Assembly (NCBI GenBank): GCA_951406725.2
Contig: OX597837.1
Coordinates: 12,462,001 to 12,526,000 of the forward strand
Length of the DNA stretch: 64,000 nt
Source: Octopus vulgaris
Taxonomy: Eukaryota
Reading direction: 5' to 3'
Below are positions 26,052 through 41,205 of this stretch, in pieces. The position numbers and the translations under genes were made by a program. Position 1 is the stretch's first letter, and each line of letters starts with the position of its first letter. The notes under the pieces are model-generated. The model saw only the letters and a list, made by a program, of their open reading frames with translations. It did not search any database and had not been told where the DNA came from.

Positions 26052-26579
26052 AAACAAGTCAAATTGCGATAAAATAAAATTAATTATTATCGCTGGTATT
26101 TCTAGCACAAGCCATATATTATTCATATATCAGTACATTAAGGCGAAATATGTGCTAGAAATACAGAAGCTAGATAAATTTAGTGAAATGAAGATAAAAA
26201 CATTTACTAACTCGGTTCCTCTTAGACTGCAGTTTCGTTCTTTTCATCAATAAGGATAATTTATTTGCTCAGGGAGAATTCATCGGTAAGAGCCCTGTTG
26301 TTCTGAGATCAAAATAACTAACATTTGTCTAGGGTTAATCTACATTTTTGTTATTTTTCATTTGTCCTGCTCGCTTACGTTCATAGTTGTACTAATTTTC
26401 CTTGAGAAGAATTCTTGGTGGTTGAGACCATTGTGGATCTATTTTTAGCGCAAGAGCGTCCACATAGTGGATTCTCTCTTATATTTGTGTGTTAATATTT
26501 ACTGAATCCCAGTTTTTATGCGCTAAACCACTTGGTGTTAAATTGATGTTATTAAATTAATATCCAATTTTGTCACCCT

Positions 26580-26585
<6 letters not shown>
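26052..26585. mobile_element. Composite (TA)n-inserted pLTR-like element (left part related to 47954-48458; right part related to 45490-45670)
   Basis: Shared aaacaagtcaaattgcgat...ttagactgcagtttcg and gttaatctacatttttgttatttttcatttg blocks. Confidence 0.7.
26219..26292 (-). ncRNA. Hammerhead ribozyme motif with a core mutation (CCGAUGA)
   Basis: Minus strand CUCUUA CCGAUGA auucu...agaac GAAA CUGCAG UC UAAGAG. Confidence 0.65.
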
Positions 26586-26624
<39 letters not shown>

Positions 26625-27908
26625 CATATATATAAGTTATTAAGATTCAGTTATATTAGGTTGAATCACCAAATAAGCGCGGTAGTATCCGCACAGCTCA
26701 AAGTGAGGTGAATAAAATCAAAATAAGTAACTCATGTCAAGTATCAGTGCAATACGACCGTTTCACACGGATTCGTTTAATTGCATCAATTTAAATATAG
26801 CGCCATCTTCCATTGCAAGAAATATGGATTTTCAACAGACAACATATGTGTTAATATAATATTAAACTAATATTTTATCAGAGCTAGAGGAGGTACGAAT
26901 TTCATAATGTCAATATTGCCCCAAGAATAAGCTAAGAACAACTATAATTTTGGAGTGGCATGGAACACAGTGGGAGCTGGGGGGGGGGGGGAGCATAGGG
27001 TTGTAAATCCTTTCAAGTGTTTTTATTTACCTTCTTATCATCAACAAAAGATCTAAGATTAGAAGACTGCGTTTATTGAGAATAATCGATATTGCGTTGA
27101 CAGATGAATATTGTGTGTTGACTGGTGGTCATAAATAAATATTACTAGATGCTTCCCATATTCCTTAATTTCTTACTATTTCTTAATAATTTCCTACTGC
27201 CATAAGTACCCCTTTCCACAAAAAGAAACAAACTTTTGAAGGAGTCAATTAGCTAGTAGTAAATGCCCATAGAGAGCTAGGGTAGGGTTGACATTAAACC
27301 TTGTCATTATTTTCAGTTAAAAGGGCGTATACTATGAAACACAGTACACTATAATGAGATCTGGAAAAAATTAAAGGTTCAGGGATAAGTTTATAATCAA
27401 GTTATCGTAAGAAAAACCTGTATTATTATGTTGTATAAAAATAAAAGTAACATTTTTCTGAAAATTTAGAAAGGGATATCAAACTAGGCTGACTAACGCT
27501 AGCATATATAGATCAATTTAAACATTAAAAAGAATTTAGTTCACGGACACCCAGGGGCCTGCGGATCCCAGGTTCAGAATCACTGGCCTAGACTATAAAG
27601 TTATGCAGATATTTAGATCTCAAATATTATAAAATCTTTGAAACAACTTGTATATGGATACTGCTAGAAGGACACACTGTGTCATATACTGAAACACAAA
27701 CCCTCTCTCTCTCTCTGTCCCTCTCTCTCTCTCTCTCTCACACACACATAAACACACACAGACTCATGCGTAGCATATGTTACCACAACAACCAACCAAA
27801 TAGTTTTTCATTGTTTAAAACTATGGTTGCCAAATGGCCAAGATGATCAAGCGCATATCCTCATCAGGTATAAAATATCATTGGGTGTAAATTCTCACGT
27901 ATATAATA

Positions 27909-28303
27909 CAAGCAGTATCGCCCGGTGTTGCTCGGGTTTGTAAGGGAAATAACTATATAAGCATTTTTAGAGAGTTATAGCCAAAAAATAGCAAAAAATG
28001 CATTCAAAATGGAAAAAAAATGATGGTAATTTTTTTTTAAAATCGTTGGCTCATCGTAGACATTTTTAGAGAGTTACTTCCCTTATATAATAGCGAAAAA
28101 ATGCATTAAATGGGAAGAAATGATGGTAAATTTTTTTTAAATCGTAGACTCTTCGTAGACGCGCGCTAATACCCAGAAGGGCTCGATATGAATCACGACT
28201 ATAAGATACCCGGTTTTGGCTAAACTGCACCTCAAAATGTGGGAGTAGTTAGGAATCTAAATCGTAGGAGACAGACACACAACTTGACTTTTATATATAA
28301 AGA
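27909..28303 (-). mobile_element. Non-autonomous Helitron
   Basis: 5' TCTTTATATATAAAA; 3' hairpin cccgagcaacaccggg followed by a mutated CTAG; same family as 30161. Confidence 0.75.
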
Positions 28304-28626
28304 TAATCTGGTATATACTGTCTTCTGTTGTTTAATATTATCAGATTTATGATGTTATCGGGTGTATATGACATCATCGAGTGCATCAAATATCATCAAG
28401 TATATATAACACTCTTTGTCCTGTTATCAATACATCACACACCTTGAAATGATATCTACGTGTATGTACGTATGTTTATACATATGTATGCATATATACA
28501 CACATTCGTGCAAACACACATACACGCTTTCATATATGCATATGCAGACAAACACATACGCACACGCAAATATATGTATACACACACACATATAAATGTG
28601 TGTGTATCTTTTTAGATATTTACATA

Positions 28627-28815
28627 TACTGGGATGGCCAAAAATTACGTAAGCTTTTTCCTTATGGGTGCGCATGCCCCCATATTAGATGCATGACCCT
28701 TCAACGTAGTTCGACGCGAACCTGTAACGCGATTCTTTGCTTTTTGTGTGTTTCAGATCAGCCTGATAATAGAGATCACTGAAGACGTTACAGACACGTC
28801 GTTCTTTTTTTTCAT
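28627..28815 (+). mobile_element. Possible mariner 5' terminal fragment
   Basis: tactgggatggccaaaaattacgtaagcttttt resembles the mariner ends at 31086 and 48871. Confidence 0.4.
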
Positions 28816-28833
28816 TTTAATAAAAGCAAGAAA

Positions 28834-29590
<757 letters not shown>

Positions 29591-29919
29591 CGTGGCTGTG
29601 TGGTAAGAAATTTGCTTCTCAACCACGGGCTTCAGGGTCCAGTCACACCTTTTACCACCTTGGGCCACCAACTTGTACTGTAGCCACGTGACCAATGCCT
29701 TGTGAGTAGACTGAAAGAGGCCCATCGTATATGTGTGTGAGTTTGAGTGTGTGTCTGTCTGTGTGTCTGTAGTTGACCTGCTTACCACAGCTTGGGAGTC
29801 GTTTAACACCTTGAAACATATATGTGTGTCTGTGTTTGTGTCTCTGTGTGTGTGTGTTTGTGTCTGTGCGTGTGTGTGTGTGTGCATACAATACAAACAC
29901 ACACACACACACACACATA

Positions 29920-30730
29920 TAATATTTAGTGCATGATAGTTGAATGTAGCTTCGCTAGTGATCAAAGAAAATAACTTACAGCTTTATACGAAACAATTAT
30001 TTGCCTTGTAACGTCTCGGGTGTCGGTTATTCCACTCCACAGCACAAAATATGAAATTGTCACAATTGATATGAGCGGATGAATTCTGTACTAAAGTGTT
30101 AATTTCTTTTGACCTAATACCCACAGGCGAAACTAATTTGTGTTTGCTTTTAATATATAACTAGCAGTATCGCCCGGCGTTGCTCGGGTTTGTAAGGGAA
30201 ATATAAGCATTTTTAGAGAGTTACATCCCTTATATAATAACAAAAAAAATGCATTAAAAATGGGAAAAAATGATGGTAATTTTTTTTTAATCGTAGACTC
30301 ATCGTAGACGCGCGCTAATACCCAGAAGGGCTCGATATGAATCACGACTATAAGATACCCGCTTTTGGTTAAACTGCATCGCAAAATGTGGGAGTAGTTA
30401 GGAATCTAAATCGTAGGAGACAGACACACAACTTCACTTTTATATATAAAGATTTCACTTGTAGCTTGTTGATCGTTTCTTCATGTCAATCAAAACGAAT
30501 TCGGTTAGATTTATGAACATCGGTAAATATCTTATTGCTGTTCCCGGTATTTGCAACTACGGTAATTTGATCAATGGGTAAATGACGCTATTCCAATTCA
30601 CGAGCATCATATCGTTTCCAGTTTGTTCTCGTTCAATTACATTGTCTTATTATTTCTTCATAGGCATGGTCAAAGTTACAAATACCAGTAAAAACAATGA
30701 ATTTATAACGTGAAGATCTTGATATAATTA
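29920..30730 (-). promoter_or_regulatory. SLC17 upstream module of copy C, donor GTAAGT at 29974-29979, interrupted by a Helitron
   Basis: Aligns with the 7755 and 19115 modules (ttagtgcatg..ttgaatg..aaagaaaataacttacag; accagtaaaa..gaagatcttgatataa). Confidence 0.55.
30161..30452 (-). mobile_element. Non-autonomous Helitron
   Basis: Minus strand A|TCTTTATATAT ... cccgagcaacgccggg hairpin ... CTAG|T; no TSD. Confidence 0.85.
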
Positions 30731-31085
30731 GACATAAGGCTAGACGGTGGACGCAGAATACATTAACCGCAGTAAAATACAGCCATACTGCGCTTTATCT
30801 ACCACGAAGGGATAAACCGCAAATTTGAGACCGGAAGAACTGGAACTCAGAATGTAAAGATGGACGTAAAAGTTACTTAACATATCAGCAACATTGCATC
30901 CGGTGTCCTAACGAGTCCGCATGCGCGCCACTTTACTGTGATACATTATCGTACGTATTATGATATAAATACATTTTGTATAATATGCGTGAGTATTGAG
31001 TTCAAATGTTTATCATTACATACCATACAAACGAAATAGAAATATCAAATAGTGTTTATTTCAGATATTGTTAAGATCCAATCAG

Positions 31086-32340
31086 TATTGGGTCATCAAT
31101 CCCATAAATAATGCAGTTTTTTTTTTCAGCTGCATGAACTAAAGTCGGAGGGAGACGGGATAAATTACCTGCACCAACTTGCTATGTAATCAGGTTGTAA
31201 TTTTACCTGGTACTTATTTTTAGTGCAAGTTTCGAAGAATGCGATTTGATTTTAACAGTTTTTCAATGCTATAATTGAAGTGACAAAAAAGCATTTTCAG
31301 TATATTTTGCTTTATGAGTTCAATAAAAGCAACAACACAAAAGAAAGCGCGAGGAATATTAATGCAGGAAATGGGGATCGGACAATAAGCGTAAGCCAGG
31401 GTCAACGGTGGTTGCAGAAACTCCAACTTTGGAAACTACAATCTAGAAGACGAACCTCGTCCTGGAAGATCGTTAGAACTTGACGAGGACGTCCTGCAAA
31501 TCCTGGTGAAACAAAATCCCATCATAACTGTTGAGGAAGTAGTAGAGAAGCTTAGATTTGGTCATTCAACCTTTCATTGACACCTGTTTGCCATCCGAAA
31601 AGTCAGAAAATTGGGTCAATGGGTTCCTCACAAACATTCCGTTTCTAATCGCGTGCAGAGCGTAAATGTGTGCTCTTTTTCGTTGTCACGTCTCACGAAT
31701 AAACCTTTTTTTGGACCGAATAGTGACTGGTGACAAGAAATGGGTTCTGTATAAAAATGTGAATCTCCGAGGATAGTGGGCATGGAAAGGAGAAAAACCG
31801 ACTCCCTAGGCTAAAGAAGGGCTTCACCCACGTAAATTGTTGTTACCTGTTCGGTGGGATATGGAAGGTTTAGTCCACTTTGAACTTTAAACCAAAACCA
31901 AACGATAACAAAGGAGATCTACTGCGAGCAGCTTGAGCGGCTTAAGTCAGCGCTAGAAGAAAAACAGCATTCTTTGCTTTCAAGACGAAAGGTGTTCTTC
32001 CATCGGGATAATACTCGGCCACATACAGCGAGGATGACATTGGAAAGACTTTTTAATGGGAAACGATGCACCATCCACCATATTGCTTCATCTGATTATC
32101 ATTTATTCAGCAGTTTTCAAAATTATTCGGACAGAATAAAAAATGAATTCTGTAGGTGCGGTCACAATGGTACTGGGAGAGTATTTTTCATCAGGGACAA
32201 GTGTATTTTGGAAGAGTGGCCTTGCATGTCTACCAGATAGATGGAAGAGCATTGTATAAAATGAAGGAGAGTATACTATAGATTAAAAGAGAAATTTACC
32301 TTAATTTTGAAAAATAAATGAAGGATTAAAAACCTCATTT
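31086..32340 (+). mobile_element. Decayed mariner (Tc1/mariner) transposon
   Basis: Frameshifted transposase with GQWVPH, DRIVTGDKKWVLY, FHRDNTRPH, IASSDYHLF. Confidence 0.9.
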
Positions 32341-32344
32341 TTTG

Positions 32345-32686
32345 TCTTTGTTGCATCGAATACATTTTTCAATTCCGTTTGGTAATGTTATAACAGACGT
32401 TTATTCTGGTGTGTTCTGAGTACCAACAATTTTAATGGAAGATACAATGCTAAGTTTATAGTAAATGTCTGTCCCCGTCCTTGTTTGGCAGTTGACTGTT
32501 TTATAGGATGTCTAAAATTGTGTGTTGGTCAAGACTATATTGCTTCGTGAATAGTATATTTTTTATTATTTCCACTGAAATTTGGTTTGAACATCTTTTA
32601 GTTGTTTTTGGTCTCAAGCTTTAGAATGAAGCAATAGTTGAGGTCAATTTTCTAGCATTCTTGTCTAGATCTGCTGAAGAAACTGG
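32345..32686 (-). mobile_element. Penelope-like reverse transcriptase remnant
   Basis: Decayed minus-strand YCFIL ... FLDIL ... TDIYYKL, in the order of PLE RT C-terminal motifs. Confidence 0.6.
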
Positions 32687-32975
32687 TATTGAAAGACATA
32701 CAACAGTACCTAAATGTTGGCCACCAAATGCAAACCCAATCAATGAACTAAATTCCTTTGGAGGGGCCCAACGTCCAAACAAGGACTGAACTGATGGGAA
32801 TATTGGTCCTGATACCACTCCTGTTAATATCCTTAGAACAAGCGTAAAATAACCACTAATTCGCGATAAACTTGGATGAAGAATGGCTAAGATGGATGCT
32901 AAGAGAAGTGAAATTCCGAACTCTTTTTCCACCATATTTATCTGCTAAAATTCCACCCAAAACATTAGTACCCAT
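32687..32975 (-). pseudogene. Internal SLC17 fragment nearly identical to copy E (~42540-42827), inverted
   Basis: GISLLLASILAILHPSLSRISGYFTLVLRILTGVVSGPIFPSVQSLFGRWAPPKEFSSLIGFAFGGQHLGTVVCLSI; a handful of substitutions and a 2-nt deletion relative to E. Confidence 0.92.
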
Positions 32976-33239
32976 GCGAAATGTACCAAAATTCACAAAA
33001 ACTTACAAAATAGTTTGGCAATATGTCACAACCGCAACAATAGAGAAGAATATCGGTTTTTGTTAGAAAATTAGAAATATGTGAGTGTATAATGACACAC
33101 AGACATCATTGTCAGTAGAACGTAAAAATACCGTGAAGTCAAAGATATTTAAGCACAACAAAGCTGAAATACATTGAAGTCAATGTTTAGGTATTTGTAG
33201 CAAAACTGAATTCAAACACACTGGGCGAACAAAAAGGGA

Positions 33240-33595
33240 AAATAATGAAACAGGGAGAACAGACAAAAACCGTAACAACAGAGATTTTTAAGCCAATTTG
33301 AAGGCAGAACTTAGAAACTCCATTTGAGTATATAAAATTCTAGAAGAAAATAAGTTGAGTGAAAAAACTTGAGCCGCTTTAGGATAGCTTTTTCTAATGC
33401 ATTTACCGCTCAGTGGCGTTAAATGCATTAGATGAAATCTCATTGGTTAGTAATAAAGGCTTATCGGCATTGATATATTACACTTTTTCTTTTGCATCCA
33501 TTTTTCAATGAGCAAGTAGTTTTAATTCTGCAATCACAATTATTAGCTATATTATTATTTAAGAAAATAATATTTGGTAAGGGAACACTATCATA
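33240..33595 (-). mobile_element. Penelope-like GIY-YIG remnant
   Basis: NNCDCRIKTTCSLKNGCKRKSVIYQCR. Confidence 0.6.
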
Positions 33596-33599
33596 TAGT

Positions 33600-33966
33600 A
33601 GGAGCACTCCGTTGGTTACGACGATGAGGGTCCCAGCTGATACGATCAACGGAACAGCTTGCTCGTGGAATTAACGTGCAAGTGGCTGAGCACTCCACAG
33701 ACACGTGTACTCTTAACGTAGTCCTCGAAGAGATTCAGCGTGACAGAGAGTGTGACAAGGCTGGCCCTTTGAAATACAGGTACAACAGAAACAGGAAGAA
33801 AGAGTGAGAGAAAGTTGTGGTGAAAGAGTACAGCAGGGTTAACCACCACCCCCTGCAGGAGCCTCGTGAAGCTTTAGGTGACTCACAATGCCCGGTCTGG
33901 AAGTCGAAACCGCGATCCTACGACCGCGAGTCCGCTGCCCTAACCACTGGGCTATTGCGCCTCCAC
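33600..33966 (-). mobile_element. tRNA-derived SINE, family 2
   Basis: Reverse complement of the 19176-19562 element. Confidence 0.87.
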
Positions 33967-33985
33967 TATTATATATATACACACA

Positions 33986-34029
<44 letters not shown>

Positions 34030-34062
34030 CATACACACACAAACACACACACACACACACAC

Positions 34063-34126
<64 letters not shown>

Positions 34127-34206
34127 TATATATACTTATATATATACATATATATATTAACATATATATATGTATGTATATATGTATGTATATATGTATG
34201 TATATA

Positions 34207-34287
<81 letters not shown>

Positions 34288-34601
34288 TTAGAGATAAAAC
34301 CACTATTAGGCAAATCAAACAGTGAAAATCATAAGCCAATACATAAAAATAAAATTAATTAAAAAAATATAAAATATAAATATAAAGAATATAAAATTCC
34401 AGATTAAAATGTTTAAATTAAAGTTAAAATTTAAAAAATTATTTAAATAATTTAAACTTATAGATTTTAAATATATATATATATATATATATATTATTTT
34501 TACTTTATTTTATTTTATTTATTTAATTTTTTTGTAAATTATATAACTATCAAAAAGTATTAAAAGTTTAATATAAGATAAAGAGTAAACGTATATATAT
34601 G

Positions 34602-34666
<65 letters not shown>

Positions 34667-34689
34667 GGAGAGAGAGAGAGATAGAGAGA

Positions 34690-35210
34690 GATTGAATGCG
34701 AGATTTTGTTAGTGAATAAAGAAATAGACTCACAACTTTACATGGAGCAGTTATTTCTTGAATTGCCCGATTCCAGTGGAGAAAGTACTCGCGTCTAACT
34801 TTTCACAATGGATACAACTGTACGAATTCTTTGGTGAAGTCTTTTGTCTGTTTGATACTTAATAGGCAACATAAAAAGGAAAATCATACATTTCTTTTGG
34901 TTTCGAATGTGAGATAAATTTTGATAAGGTGTCAATAGTTTCTCGATGCTAATATAATAAATCCAGCTTTACAATTAAAATCATCAATTTCCTGTTTCTC
35001 GATGTAACTTATGCGCAGTTTCAGTAACCTGATTAGTGAGAATGAATACAGAAACAGGTGGCTAGTCGATAGATTAGAGTCGTGACACTTGCGCTTCTTT
35101 TTTTCACTCTCACCTTATTGAATTTCATTTTATGAAAGTTTTCATGGCATGGTCTAAGCCACATCACCAGTAAAAGCTGGTGAAATTTCAAAGATATTTG
35201 TTATATGATA
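34690..35210 (-). promoter_or_regulatory. Orphan SLC17 upstream module, donor GTGAGT at 34728-34733
   Basis: Aligns with 38190-38745 in the opposite orientation; points toward the 32687 shard. Confidence 0.55.
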
Positions 35211-35422
35211 TTATACGTTACTTACATGTCAGAAGTGGTTAATATCCAAGCGAGTTGTATACCGTAGGCTACTCTTCAGGTCAATGTTATCTTGATTACA
35301 TGAAGTTTACATTTTCGTTTGAAGGCACATGTTAACACATGGAAGAATCGATCATAAAGCGTAGAGAACACGTGCTCTTACATTCATACATACATACATA
35401 CATACATACATACATACATACA

Positions 35423-36380
<958 letters not shown>

Positions 36381-36399
36381 TATATATATATATATATAT

Positions 36400-37104
36400 T
36401 TAAAAAAAGGAGATGTGGAACACGAGTTGTGATATATAAAAAAAGGAAATGAAGAAAATGCTGACAAAATAATTTAAGTAAGGGAGAGTGTATTTAATTA
36501 GATGAAAGTTCTTTTTACCGGTTGCGCATTTGTTTTGCTTATCAAAAGATATTTTTTTAAGAGAGATAGAGTTCCTTTCTGATAGATTTTTTTCTCTTAT
36601 CTGAATTTATGTTGGGTTTGCTGTCTCTTATATGTGAAAAAAGAGGCTCCAGAGTTGTTTAAGATTTGCTTTGTTTCGCGCCTAAAATTTCTTGTGGACA
36701 ATGGTCAATACAATTTTGATTGGTCATTATAAAGGGGTCACGTGAATGTTTGAATGGAAGTTGGTGTTGGGGTAAGAAAATAGGCTCCAGAGATGTTAAA
36801 ATTTGGCTAGTGTCACGCCTAAAATTTCTTATTGGTCAGAATAAAGAGGTCACGTGGATGTGGTCATAATAGAGAGGTCACGTGAATGTTTAGAATGAAT
36901 GTTAGTGTGGGTGGTGTATGGAGTTTTCGAAAATAGCGTTGTTGAAAATTCTTAATGTTCAGGCTGGTCAGTAGACGTCATGTGGATATTTTAATTAGCT
37001 TTTTAGCGCGTAGTTAAGGAGTGTATTTTCCGCTTGACTGAATTTGAGCTGGATAAGTAAGTTTGTTTTGGACAGGAAAACTATATGTATGTATGTGTGC
37101 GCGT

Positions 37105-37164
<60 letters not shown>

Positions 37165-37860
37165 ATATGTATGTTGGGGCGCGCGCGCGTGTATATATGT
37201 GTGCGTGTGTGGGTACAATTTTCAATATTTATAGTTCTGCTGGCCTTGTGCCTGTTTCGGGAAGCAACGTGTTTGTGTGAAGTTAATATTTACAGTCATT
37301 TCCAAAAAATAGTGTTGGATGTTTTGCACCCGTATCAAATTATGTGTATGTGTGGAACCATATATTTGCGTGTGTCATGGTGTTAATATCTGGGTAAAAG
37401 TGTGTGTAGGGTGTGTGCAGGTGTGGGTTCGTGTTAGGGGGATGTGTTTAGAAGTGGTCTGTATTTATTAATAAGGTGGGATTCCATGGTTATTCGCTGG
37501 GTATGAGTGGCATTGTCTTCAAATAAGTAGAGGGGAAAGATTCTAAAATTGGGATGAAGTTGTGCCTCACAGGCATCAATATGTGCATTAAGTGCTATTT
37601 TTCTGTATTCCTATATTCTTATTTGGGATCTGTGGACTGTCATGCGTTGGCGGAGGCTATTTTTAGTTTCGCCTATGTAGTGTACATTACAGCCCGAGCA
37701 AGTTAAGACATATACTAGGTTTTCTGATGCGCATGTGAAGTTGTGTTTTATTGTGAAACGTTGTCCTTGTTTAAAAAGGAATTCCGGACCTTCTATTAGG
37801 TTGATGCATATACCACAGTTGGGACTATTGCATTTGTTTACTGTGGGTTTAGTATTATTA
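36400..37860 (-). mobile_element. 5'-truncated Penelope-like element: GIY-YIG domain (~37440-37860) and 3' region with a degenerate HHR (~36509-36549)
   Basis: KCNSPNCGICINLIEGPEFLFKQGQRFTIKHNFTCASENLVYVLTCSGCNVHYIGETKNSLRQRMTVHRSQI...QRITMESHLINKYRPLLN; downstream ucuuu ugauaa gca..ugc gcaa ccgg ua aaaaga. Confidence 0.88.
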
Positions 37861-38064
37861 TTGTCAATTGTTGAACCTGTCTAAATTCTCCTTTGAAATA
37901 TAATATGATATAATATAATATAATATAATATAATGTAATATAATATAATATAATATATATATACATATAACATATCCGGTTGTCCGTCTGAGTACTTCAC
38001 AGCTCTCTCTACATAATAAAAAATATATAACTATGTGCATGTGTGTGAGTGCTTGTGTGTGTTT

Positions 38065-38161
<97 letters not shown>

Positions 38162-38189
38162 TGTTCATATATATATGTAACGTGTAAAA

Positions 38190-38745
38190 TCATGTCACAA
38201 ATATATTTGAAAGTTTTCATTAGTGGCCGAACCATGCACTGCAAAACTCATTCAGAAAAAAGAAATTTAATCAGGTGAGGGTGAAAATAAGAAGGAGATG
38301 AACTCATAGCACCTCATAGTCACGACATTAATCTCCGTATTACTCTCCTGATTTTATATCTGCTCTGAATGACCAGGTCACTGCAGCTGCATATAAAATA
38401 GAGCGAGAAACAGGCACTTATTCATTTTAATTGACAAGCTGAATCCGTTTGGTTAACATCGAGAAATTGAAGACGCCTTTGCAAAACTCATCTCACATTT
38501 GAATCAAGGACACATCAGATAATTTTCTTTTTATGTTGCATATTGAGTATTAAAGAAACGAAAGATTTCATCAAAGAATTCATACAGTTGTATCCATTGT
38601 AAAAAATTTAGACGCAAGCAATTATCCATTGGAGCCGGTCAACTCAGAGGTGCAGCGGAAACGAATTGTTCCACGTAAAATTGTAAGTCTATTTTTTTGC
38701 TCACTACCAAAATCTCACATTCAATTTCCATGCACTAAGTATTCT
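38190..38745 (+). promoter_or_regulatory. SLC17 upstream module of copy E, donor GTAAGT at 38683-38688; candidate acceptor TGCAG|G at 41251-41256
   Basis: Homologous module, inverted in step with the + strand gene E. Confidence 0.6.
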
Positions 38746-40030
38746 GTCTCTTTTTCTCTGTGTGGTAAGCAAGCTACTTACCACACAGCCACTATAACGC
38801 CTAATAACATATGCAATTATTAGAGATATTTGCGGATTAATACATTAATATTAATATACTATTTTTATAGATATACACATACATATATGTTCGTTTATGA
38901 TCATACATTTTTATATTTATATTAATAACCTATTAGATGTTTTACCTTAATATACAATTCCAATTTTCTCCTAACTTAACCATATTACCGTTTTTAAAAA
39001 TTTATGAACCTTTCTTATGCATAAGTAAGATTAATTCATTTTCTTTTACTTAAGTGTGTCCAGTTGTATTACAAAATAGATAAATATACTATAGATAGAT
39101 ACTGGTAGAATGTGTTTATAAAACATCTTTTTCTCGTGGCTTTATTGAGAAAATTCTATAGTTTGTAAGATATTTGTTGTTTTTTTCTTCAATTTCTGCA
39201 ATTTCAACCAACCGATGACGTCTATTGAGGTGAAAACATTCTGTGTCGTATGAATATGTCCCTCGTTTAAGAAACAGATTGGGTTTATTTACATTTCAAA
39301 AGAAAAAAGATACCCTTCCCCCCACCCCTAACTCTAACCCTAACTAATCCTAACCCTAAAACTGATTGAAATGCAATAGATCGATACTAGGGTGATAATT
39401 ATGGGTGACAATTTCATATGACACCGCTAGAAAAAACTGCCGTTCAAACCGAAAAGATCCACATTTATTAATGGATAGAATATTCAAATTTGAGTAAATA
39501 GTAACACATATAATCGATTAAATATGATTCGATAAACACATATACATGAATATTCATTAGTATCGACTAACAAGTCAATAGAAATTATAAAACTCTACCG
39601 GTTTGTATATCATTTATTATTTATTGTGTATTTTTCTAATTTATATATTTTATTTCATTTTATTTACTATATTTTCTTTACTATATTTTATTACATAATT
39701 ATTTTCCTTGAAAGATATAACAATATCTTAATTATTCATATGGTGGCTGCCCCCTCGTTATCGAGTATGGCCATTGCGCGAGGCTTAATCAATGTTGTTA
39801 TCGTGCAATGACTGTGCAAGAAGGTTTTATTTTTAAAGTGAGGAAAGGGTGTCCAATAAAGACCCTCCTCACCAAGCAACTTTGGTGGGGTTGCCGGTTT
39901 AGTCCCCGACGACCCCACCGTGCAACAGGTTGTACTGTGTTACATGTTACCAGTAGCACTCGAAAGTGACCTGACATATAATATTCATATTCATATACAT
40001 ACATACACACTCACACACACACACACACAT

Positions 40031-40072
<42 letters not shown>

Positions 40073-40137
40073 TATGAATAAGTTTATTTTATATTTATTT
40101 TTGCTTTATAAATATTTGATTTATTACCTAATATATA

Positions 40138-40302
40138 GGCTCAGGAGTGGTTGTGTGGTAAGATGCTTGCTTACGGACCACATGGTTCCGGGTTCATTCC
40201 CACTGCGGGGCACCTTGGGAAAGTGTCTTCTGCTATAGCCTCGGGCTGACCAAAGCCTTGTGAATGGATTTCGTAGACGTAAACAGAAGGAAGCCCGTCG
40301 TA

Positions 40303-40385
<83 letters not shown>

Positions 40386-40520
40386 TTGTCCCCTCAACAT
40401 CGCTTGACAACCGTTGCTGGTGTGTTTATGTCCCCGTAAATGAATAAGTCCTGGGGTCGATTTCCTCGACTAAAGGCGGTGCTCCAGCATGGCCGCAGTC
40501 AAATGACTGAAACAAGTAAA
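40138..40520 (+). mobile_element. SINE family 1 (internal deletion)
   Basis: Same head and tail as 13558. Confidence 0.85.
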
Positions 40521-40628
40521 AGCGTAACCAAATACATACACACAATATATATGAAATAACATCTTAAACTTCTTTAGTTGTGGAGTCGAATTCCTTCAAG
40601 AAAGATGTCACCTTCGTCATTATTAAAA

Positions 40629-40747
40629 CAAAAACCCTGAAGAGATTCTACCCCTGACAGCTTAAATTCTTTACCTTGGATTTAATCCAAATGCTTCGAA
40701 TTATGCATTACGTAGGGGCCAGAATCGAAATATATGTAGTTATTTTG
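40629..40747 (+). ncRNA. Hammerhead ribozyme motif with extended stem II
   Basis: CUGAAGA GAUUCU acccu...agggg cc AGAAUC GAAA uauaug UA; stem I (caaaaacc/guuauuuug) is imperfect. Confidence 0.65.
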
Positions 40748-40979
40748 AGTCTTCTATTGTGTTTTGAAAAGTTTATTTGTATTTTTATCTTAGAAACAAA
40801 CTTTGTTGCAAATAAATTAACGACACACCATCAACTCTCCCATTTTTTACATTATTAATTTTACCTTTTATAATAATCCATTGTGTCCTAGCATATTTGC
40901 TGCTTCTTTTTATTTTCCACTTGACAAATATCCGTCAATTGTAAATAACGTACCTAATTCCTCATCTCTTAAATATAGA

Positions 40980-41205
40980 ACTGCATACATAGTTCGTACA
41001 ACAATGTTGTGATCTGAGAATGCCGTTGGTGCCACCTTCACATTACAGATAAAGTCCACATTATTTGTGAAGCATAGGTCCAATGTTGTTTCCCCTGGTT
41101 GGCCTGAGCAGAAATTGCTCCCTGCACAGCTCATTAATAAGTTGAAATAATGACTCTACATGCTTTTGTTCATGCTGTGACATCCCAGAGAGGATGTGGC
41201 CTTCT
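40980..41205 (-). mobile_element. LINE apurinic-endonuclease (APE) remnant
   Basis: QPGETTLDLCFTNNVDFICNVKVAPTAFSDHNIV, the LDL...SDH C-terminal motifs of the APE domain. Confidence 0.75.

Noticed and set aside
39320-39460. Telomere-like (CCCTAA) repeats
   Set aside because: Only a few imperfect units inside what looks like a MITE fragment; no evidence of a telomere or fusion site.
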